Positions 18,430 through 24,157 of a stretch of 24,157 nt of DNA are shown in pieces. A program made the position numbers and the translations under genes. Where the stretch lies: positions 1-24,157 of the forward strand of contig JBJXGI010000072.1 in assembly GCA_046153645.1 (NCBI GenBank), given 5' to 3'. The notes under the pieces are model-generated. The model was given only the letters and a program-made list of their open reading frames with translations, ran no database searches and was not told the DNA's origin. How positions within the stretch are numbered: position 1 is the stretch's first letter; the number at the start of each line of letters is the position of its first letter. The stretch comes from Elusimicrobiota bacterium (lineage in GTDB: Bacteria; Elusimicrobiota; Elusimicrobia; F11).

Positions 18430-20081
18430 ACTTCATCCCCGGAAATTTTTATCGGGGATATCGGTATCTAATCGCAGCCATCCTTTTTTTTGTTTTTTTC
18501 CTTAATTCCTGCCGTAATAATGCCATTTCAGAATTCGATTCCTCATTAATAGATAAAACCCCTGTAAATGGGGGGCAATATATTGAGGCCTCCATTTCTG
18601 ATGCCGCTATTTTAAATCCACTCTTGGCCACGGATTCGGCTTCTAACGATATTATCGGCTTGGTTTATAATGGATTGGTTAAGTACGATAAAAATATCAA
18701 GTTGGTTGGCGATTTAGCCGAGTCTTTTTTTGTAAGTAATAAGGGAAAAACAATCACTTTTAAACTTCGGAAAAATGTGAAATGGCACGATGGTGTTTCT
18801 TTTACATCAGCAGATGTTATGTTTACTTATCAAAAGTTGATTGACCCCAATACGCGCACCCCGTTTGGTGACGATTATAAAAAAGTTTCAAAAGCGCAAG
18901 CTCCTGATGCCTTTACTTTTCAAGTGACCTATTCAGAACCATTTTCTCCAGCGCTGGAATCTTGGGGGATGGGTATTATTCCCAAACATATTTTTCAAAC
19001 AGGGGATTTTAATACTCATCCTGCCAATAGAAGTCCCATTGGGACAGGGCCTTATATTCTTGATAAGTGGGAAACCGATGAAAAAATTGTTCTTAAAGCC
19101 AATCCTCATTATTTTGAAGGGCGTCCTCATTTTGATGAATACATCTATAAAATTATTCCTGATTTAGCAGTGCAATTTTTGGCGTTGCGGCAGGGTTCTT
19201 TGAGTATGATGAGTCCGACACCAGATCAATATAATGGTTACAATAAATTTTTTGAGTATTACCATAAATTTCGGTTTCCTGCTTTTCGATATGATTACAT
19301 CGCATTTAATCTTAAAAACCCTCTTTTTTCAGATCGGCAAGTTCGTCAGGCGATAGCCCACGCCATTAATAAAAAAGATATCGCGCTGGGTGTTTATCAG
19401 GGGTATGCAGTTCCCATTTCTGGCCCTTTCCCTTATGAAAGTTGGGCTTATGATAAATCTGTTCCTGATTATGAATATGATATTGAAAAAGCAAAAAACT
19501 TTTTAAAAGAAGCTGGGTGGATAGATTCGAATAATGATGGAATCATTGAAAAAGAGGGGAAAAATTTTCAATTTACGCTTATTGTCAATCAAGGAAATAA
19601 AGTACGGGAATCCATCGCTCAAATTACACAAGAAAATTTAAAAAAGATCGGGATTAAAATGGATATTCGAATTCTAGAATGGTCGGTTTTTTTGAATAAT
19701 TTTGTTAATAATAAGAATTTTGAAGCTTGTGTGTTGGGGTGGAACGTTCCTCGAGATCCCGATCCTTATACAACTTGGCACTCTAGTCAAATGAAAGAGG
19801 GTGGATATAATTTTGTTTCTTATAAGAATGAAGATGTTGATGGTTGGATTGTTGAAGCGCAGAAAACCTTTGATCAAGCAACCCGTCAAAAACTTTATTA
19901 TAAGATTCATCGTCAAATAAATTATGATTTACCTTATGTGTTTTTGGTAAACCCAGAACGACTTCCAGTTGTTCATAAAAAAATATTAGGAGTTGAAACT
20001 GCGCCGGCTGGTATTGGCTGGAATTTTGTGGAATGGTTTATTCCTCACGCCTGGCAGGATCGGCCGAGTTTTTCAAATTAA
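18426..20081 (+). CDS. oppA: ABC transporter peptide-binding lipoprotein (family 5, OppA/DppA/AppA-like)
   Basis: Lipobox-like FLNSC after a hydrophobic stretch; LNPLL, YNGLVKYD, GDLAES, FKLRKNVKWHDG, FTSADV.FT, PIGTGPY, VRQAIAHAIN, AKNFLKEAGW. Confidence 0.92.
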   Translation: MNFIPGNFYRGYRYLIAAILFFVFFLNSCRNNAISEFDSSLIDKTPVNGGQYIEASISDAAILNPLLATDSASNDIIGLVYNGLVKYDKNIKLVGDLAESFFVSNKGKTITFKLRKNVKWHDGVSFTSADVMFTYQKLIDPNTRTPFGDDYKKVSKAQAPDAFTFQVTYSEPFSPALESWGMGIIPKHIFQTGDFNTHPANRSPIGTGPYILDKWETDEKIVLKANPHYFEGRPHFDEYIYKIIPDLAVQFLALRQGSLSMMSPTPDQYNGYNKFFEYYHKFRFPAFRYDYIAFNLKNPLFSDRQVRQAIAHAINKKDIALGVYQGYAVPISGPFPYESWAYDKSVPDYEYDIEKAKNFLKEAGWIDSNNDGIIEKEGKNFQFTLIVNQGNKVRESIAQITQENLKKIGIKMDIRILEWSVFLNNFVNNKNFEACVLGWNVPRDPDPYTTWHSSQMKEGGYNFVSYKNEDVDGWIVEAQKTFDQATRQKLYYKIHRQINYDLPYVFLVNPERLPVVHKKILGVETAPAGIGWNFVEWFIPHAWQDRPSFSN

Positions 20082-20082
20082 T

Positions 20083-21054
20083 ATGATTGTTTATCTTTTT
20101 AAAAGATTACTATCGATTATCCCCATTCTCATCGGAATTACTTTTCTTACCTATCTTGTGATTGTTTTGTCTCCTGGTGGTCCTGTGTCTTTTATGAATG
20201 ATTTTAATCCGAAAATATCGCAGGAATATAAACAGAAAATGGTTGAGATTTATGGTCTCAATAAACCCATTCATCAACAATATTTTAATTGGGTTAAAAA
20301 AGTTATTCGACTTGATTTTGGTGAAACCAGGAAAGATAATCAACCTGTGATAAAAAAAATTAAAGAGCGACTTCCCAAAACGGTTTTATTAAGTGGTTTT
20401 TCAATGCTGATAGCTTTTTTTCTTGCTATTCCCATTGGCGTTTTTTCTGCTATGCATAAAGATTCTTTATGGGATAAAGCACTTACCGTATTTGTTTTTA
20501 TTGGTTTTTCCATTCCAACGTATTGGGTGGCATTGCTCCTTATGATCGGTGTGGGAATACATTTGGGATGGTTACCCTTGGTTGGTTTTCGTTCTCTTTT
20601 TTACGAAAATTTATCACCATTTGGGAAAATGATTGATATTGCTAGGCACTTGGCTTTACCTCTTTTTGTTACTTCTATTACGAGCTTAGCAGGGCTTTCT
20701 CGATATATTCGAAATGGAATGTTAGAAGTATCCAAACAAGATTATATTCGGACAGCGCGCTCTAAAGGTCTATCTGAGGCCAGAGTAATTTGGGGGCACG
20801 GTTTTAGGAATACTTTGCTCCAGTTAATAACCATCGTTGGATTATCTATCCCTGAGCTTTTAAGTGCGGGAGTTATTTTTGAAACAATTTTTTCATATCC
20901 TGGTTTGGGGCGCTTGGCTTTTGAAGCGGTCATGACCAGAGATATGCCTCTTATAATGGCAACGGTCACCATTGGCGCGATTGCCACATTATTAGGAAAT
21001 TTAGCTGCTGATATTGCCTATGCTTACGCAGATCCGAGGATTAGAGCACAATGA
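20083..21054 (+). CDS. oppB: ABC peptide transporter permease
   Basis: Start at ATG 20083 (MIVYLFKRLL), 1 nt after the oppA stop; PGGP, YGLNKPI..QY, SIPTYW, EAA-like loop DYIRTARSKGLSE, ETIFSYPGLG, DPRIR. Confidence 0.93.
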   Translation: MIVYLFKRLLSIIPILIGITFLTYLVIVLSPGGPVSFMNDFNPKISQEYKQKMVEIYGLNKPIHQQYFNWVKKVIRLDFGETRKDNQPVIKKIKERLPKTVLLSGFSMLIAFFLAIPIGVFSAMHKDSLWDKALTVFVFIGFSIPTYWVALLLMIGVGIHLGWLPLVGFRSLFYENLSPFGKMIDIARHLALPLFVTSITSLAGLSRYIRNGMLEVSKQDYIRTARSKGLSEARVIWGHGFRNTLLQLITIVGLSIPELLSAGVIFETIFSYPGLGRLAFEAVMTRDMPLIMATVTIGAIATLLGNLAADIAYAYADPRIRAQ

Positions 21055-22664
21055 AAAAAAATCTACTCACACTACTTCTATTATTCACTATTGTTTCACC
21101 CTCTTATAATCAAACTGATTTTATGTTTGATGATACATGGGCTAATTGGACATTGAGATTAACCCGCGCTTATCAAGGAATTCCTCAACGTAAAGTTCCA
21201 GGGAGAACGATGGGAATTATTGTTCCGGCTGATACAAGAGAAGATTTAATTCCTTTGTCTGCTTTTGGATATGAAGCATTTTCTGTTTCACCTGCCCCTA
21301 TTGTTATTATTTTAATGGACGCTCCGGATGGTTATACCTTTGATGGTTTAGCCATTCCAGGGGTGGATGTGATAGAAACCAGCATCGGACGGTTTTCTAT
21401 AAGTGAGTCGGTTCGGACTATTTTATTGGGAGGTAATATCCCCGTAACAATTGACCCTAATTTATTCCAAGCCGATATTCCTCGCACGTTATTACTTCAA
21501 TTGGCTCAACTGAAGCATGTCTTAAGAAAAATTCCAACAACCATGCGAATATTACCAGTCTATGTGCGATTTTCAGATGCAAATTCACAAGTTAAAGATA
21601 TTGCGCCTTATATCGCTGAGAAATTAAAAGATGTTGGAATTGAAAACGATGTGCAGTTTATTATTGCGACTAATTTAAGTCGATCAACGTCGCCTGAAAA
21701 ACTAATTCAAGCCGATGCGCCGCTCCTTAATGCCATTCGAAATTTAGATGTTGATGCTTTTTTACAATCTCGCGTATCTTCTGACACGGGCATTCCTTCA
21801 GACGCGCTTTTGTTGGGTATGCTGACAGTTCGAACATTGGGTGCGGATCATTCTGAAATTTTTGCCTATGCGCATTCAGGGCAATTGGTATTAACCAAAG
21901 ATAAAAGTGCGCCCTTAAGTTATTTTTCCGCTGGATTTGCTTCAGCGCCGGTTATTAAACCGCGCTTGACTCATGTCGACAGAGAGCAAATGATTGAAAT
22001 CTTTAATGAACTTTTAAGAGCGGATATTTTATCAATCACTCGGCAAACTTGTGCTTCCGCTTTGGATGCCACTGCAGCTAAACCTTCTTCTCTCAGCGGT
22101 CATAAACCAGCCAAGCAAAAATGGCCCGTGTATGTGAGTCTTTATGATTCTTCGGGGAACTTAGCTGGGCAGGCTGGTTCTCATGTGGCCATTGGAGCCT
22201 TAGAAGAAAGTATTCGAAATTTTGCCGTGGAAGCGGTCCGTCAAGCTCAACCCACACTGACGAAAACAAATTTTGGGTCATATATTGTTGAGGTGGCTAT
22301 ACCCTATGGATTCTTAAAGGTAAGTTACCCTGAAGAATTAATTTCACACCTCAATGGAGCTATTGTTTACAATAAACTTAAAACAGCCGCATCTCATCCA
22401 GATGTCTGGAGAACTGTTCCTGATTCGCACCTTATTTTAGGTGCCTTGTGTTATAAGTTAGGTTTAAAGCCGTGGTCTTATTCATTTTCTAACGCAAAAA
22501 TTGAATCATTTAGATTATTGGCTTTCAATGAAAAAGAACCATTTCAGGATTTAGGCGCTTTAAGTCGAAAATCAAAGAAAAAGAAAACCCCTAAAGATGA
22601 TGAAAGCTTAGATTCTGGTGGTGGTGGTGCCATTGGTGGGTCAACGAGTCCTTTTGGATTTTAG
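21051..22664 (+). CDS. Signal-peptide-bearing, degenerate MEMO1 (AmmeMemoRadiSam B)-AMMECR1 (AmmeMemoRadiSam A) fusion; putative pseudoenzyme
   Basis: Sec-type N-terminus MKKNLLTLLLLFTIVSPSYN. Aa ~52-298 follow the MEMO1 motif order and aa ~318-495 follow the AMMECR1 motif order (details in findings). ATGA overlap with oppB; 3 nt before oppC. Uninterrupted 537-codon ORF. Confidence 0.75.
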   Translation: MKKNLLTLLLLFTIVSPSYNQTDFMFDDTWANWTLRLTRAYQGIPQRKVPGRTMGIIVPADTREDLIPLSAFGYEAFSVSPAPIVIILMDAPDGYTFDGLAIPGVDVIETSIGRFSISESVRTILLGGNIPVTIDPNLFQADIPRTLLLQLAQLKHVLRKIPTTMRILPVYVRFSDANSQVKDIAPYIAEKLKDVGIENDVQFIIATNLSRSTSPEKLIQADAPLLNAIRNLDVDAFLQSRVSSDTGIPSDALLLGMLTVRTLGADHSEIFAYAHSGQLVLTKDKSAPLSYFSAGFASAPVIKPRLTHVDREQMIEIFNELLRADILSITRQTCASALDATAAKPSSLSGHKPAKQKWPVYVSLYDSSGNLAGQAGSHVAIGALEESIRNFAVEAVRQAQPTLTKTNFGSYIVEVAIPYGFLKVSYPEELISHLNGAIVYNKLKTAASHPDVWRTVPDSHLILGALCYKLGLKPWSYSFSNAKIESFRLLAFNEKEPFQDLGALSRKSKKKKTPKDDESLDSGGGGAIGGSTSPFGF

Positions 22665-22667
22665 GTA

Positions 22668-23498
22668 ATGAAAATATTAATTAAAAAAATATTTGAAAAT
22701 AAGTTGGTGTTGTTTGGGATAACGATTATTATTTTTCTTATTTTGTTGGCGTTTTTATCACCCGTAATCTCACCACATGATCCCTATCAACAAGATTTAC
22801 TTGTTCGTCTTCAAGGTCCTAGTTTAAATCATTTGATGGGGACGGACGAATTAGGGAGAGATGTCTTCAGTCGAATGTTAATGGGGATTCGAGTTTCTCT
22901 TTTGATTGGAATATTAGCGAGTTTTATATCCATTGTTATTGGGACATTGGTGGGACTCATTTCAGGATATGCAGGTAAATGGTGGGATACTTTTTTTATG
23001 AGATTGGTTGACGTGATGTTATGTTTTCCAACTCTTTTTCTCATACTCATGATTCTTGCTGTTTTTGAAAAGCCCAGTATTTATTTAATTGTTGGAATTA
23101 TTGCTTTTACCGCTTGGGCTGGGCTTGCTCGAATGGTTCGCGCGGAAGTATTAAGCGTCAAAGAAAGAGAATATATGTTGGTCGCTAAAGGATTGGGGCT
23201 TTCAAACGCGAGAATCCTTTTTATCCATCTTTTGCCCAATGTTATTTCTCCTATTTTGGTTGCGGCCACATTAACTGTTGGTAGCGCGATTTTAATGGAA
23301 TCGGGTCTTTCTTTTTTAGGATTGGGTGTTCAACCTCCGGATCCGTCTTGGGGAAATATTTTAACTTCTGGAAAAGATTTTATTCATTCAGCTTGGTGGC
23401 TTTCTCTTTTTCCTGGTCTGGCCATTTTAATCACAGTTTTGGGTTTTAATTTGTTAGGCGAGGGTTTACGAGACGCGCTAGACCCTAAACATCAATAA
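22668..23498 (+). CDS. oppC: ABC peptide transporter permease
   Basis: PHDPY.QDL..RLQGPS..HLMGTDELGRDVFSR, MRLVDVMLCFP, WAGLARMVRAEVLSVKEREY, HLLPN, ESGLSFLGLG..PPDPSWG, FNLLGEGLRDALDP. Confidence 0.95.
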   Translation: MKILIKKIFENKLVLFGITIIIFLILLAFLSPVISPHDPYQQDLLVRLQGPSLNHLMGTDELGRDVFSRMLMGIRVSLLIGILASFISIVIGTLVGLISGYAGKWWDTFFMRLVDVMLCFPTLFLILMILAVFEKPSIYLIVGIIAFTAWAGLARMVRAEVLSVKEREYMLVAKGLGLSNARILFIHLLPNVISPILVAATLTVGSAILMESGLSFLGLGVQPPDPSWGNILTSGKDFIHSAWWLSLFPGLAILITVLGFNLLGEGLRDALDPKHQ

Positions 23499-24157
23499 TG
23501 AACGCTATTTTAGACGTTAGAAATCTCACCGTTCAGTATCGGCGACAAAAAAAACAACCTTGGGTTTCTGCGCTGAGAAGTCTTGATTTGGTTATTGAAA
23601 AAGGAGAGTCCTTAGGAATTGTTGGGGAATCGGGTTGTGGAAAATCAACCTTGGCTTTAACTCTCATGGGATTATTACCTCCCATGGAGAGTCAAATTAA
23701 ATCAGGGCAAATTTTATTCTCAGGGAAAGATTTAATTCATAATTCACCTTATGAATGGCGATCTTTACGATCTAAAAAAATTGCCATGATTTTCCAGGAT
23801 CCTTTCAGTGCTTTAAATCCTGTTTTAACGATTGGATACCAATTAAAAGAAGTGTTACCGGATGAGAAAGAATTGTTGCTGCTTCTAGAAAAAGTTCAAT
23901 TGAAAGATCCAAACAGAATATTATCTTCATACCCACACCAACTTTCAGGAGGGCAGCGGCAAAGAGTTATGATTGCCATGGCCATCGCCCAAAAGCCTGA
24001 GCTTTTAATCGCCGATGAACCCACCACGGCATTAGATGTTTCTGTTCAATCTGACATTGTTAAACTTTTAAAAAATTTAAAAGAAGAATTGAAAATGTCG
24101 CTGTTGTTTGTTAGCCATAACATTGGTTTGGTAAAAACCATATCAGAAAAAATGGCT
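23498..24157 (+). CDS. oppD: ABC peptide transporter ATP-binding subunit (3'-truncated by window edge; absent from the ORF track)
   Basis: TAATG overlap with oppC. Hand translation: [12 protein letters not shown]...[14 protein letters not shown] (Walker A)...[13 protein letters not shown] (Q-loop)...[18 protein letters not shown] (signature)...[13 protein letters not shown] (Walker B)...FVSHN. Confidence 0.95.
   Translation, partial: MNAILDVRNLTVQYRRQKKQPWVSALRSLDLVIEKGESLGIVGESGCGKSTLALTLMGLLPPMESQIKSGQILFSGKDLIHNSPYEWRSLRSKKIAMIFQDPFSALNPVLTIGYQLKEVLPDEKELLLLLEKVQLKDPNRILSSYPHQLSGGQRQRVMIAMAIAQKPELLIADEPTTALDVSVQSDIVKLLKNLKEELKMSLLFVSHNIGLVKTISEKMA

Noticed and set aside
19515..19560. EF-hand-like DSNNDG loop in OppA
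   Set aside because: A DxDxDG-type loop after LKEAGW is common in family 5 binding proteins; not unusual.
19993..20082. 30-aa N-terminal extension of oppB in the ORF track
   Set aside because: Overlaps oppA; ATG 20083 gives the canonical M..Y..KRLL start.
21051..22664. Treating the 537-aa ORF as a decaying pseudogene
   Set aside because: No stops or frameshifts over 537 codons, hydrophobic scaffold pattern preserved in both domains, and tight coupling to both neighbours; loss is concentrated on catalytic positions.

Overview
A very gene-dense, AT-rich bacterial chromosomal segment in which nearly every gene is on the + strand and most genes abut or overlap. Gene order: ribBA (5'-truncated), ribH, nusB, ligA, purH, alaS, a TM2-domain gene, tRNA-Arg(CCG), a short AT-rich islet (small DUF5678-like protein plus a retropepsin-like aspartic protease), a P-loop kinase/dCMP deaminase fusion, a hypothetical exported protein, a lone minus-strand asnB-family amidotransferase, a divergent DUF72 gene, polX, a membrane protein, and then a translationally coupled run: stand-alone Lrp/AsnC (RAM) domain, M16 peptidase pair, oppA, oppB, a 537-aa ORF, oppC and oppD (3'-truncated). 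The most striking observation is the 537-aa ORF between oppB and oppC. By eye it reads as a signal-peptide-bearing MEMO1 (AmmeMemoRadiSam B) + AMMECR1 (AmmeMemoRadiSam A) fusion that has lost essentially all hallmark catalytic/metal residues, i.e. a candidate exported pseudoenzyme co-opted into a peptide uptake/degradation operon. The second is the tRNA-adjacent islet, whose protease carries a VapB-antitoxin-like tail and lies directly upstream of a fungal-Dcd1/AvcD-architecture deaminase. No CRISPR array, rRNA, transposase or integrase was seen. All family calls come from motif recognition by eye; no searches were run.
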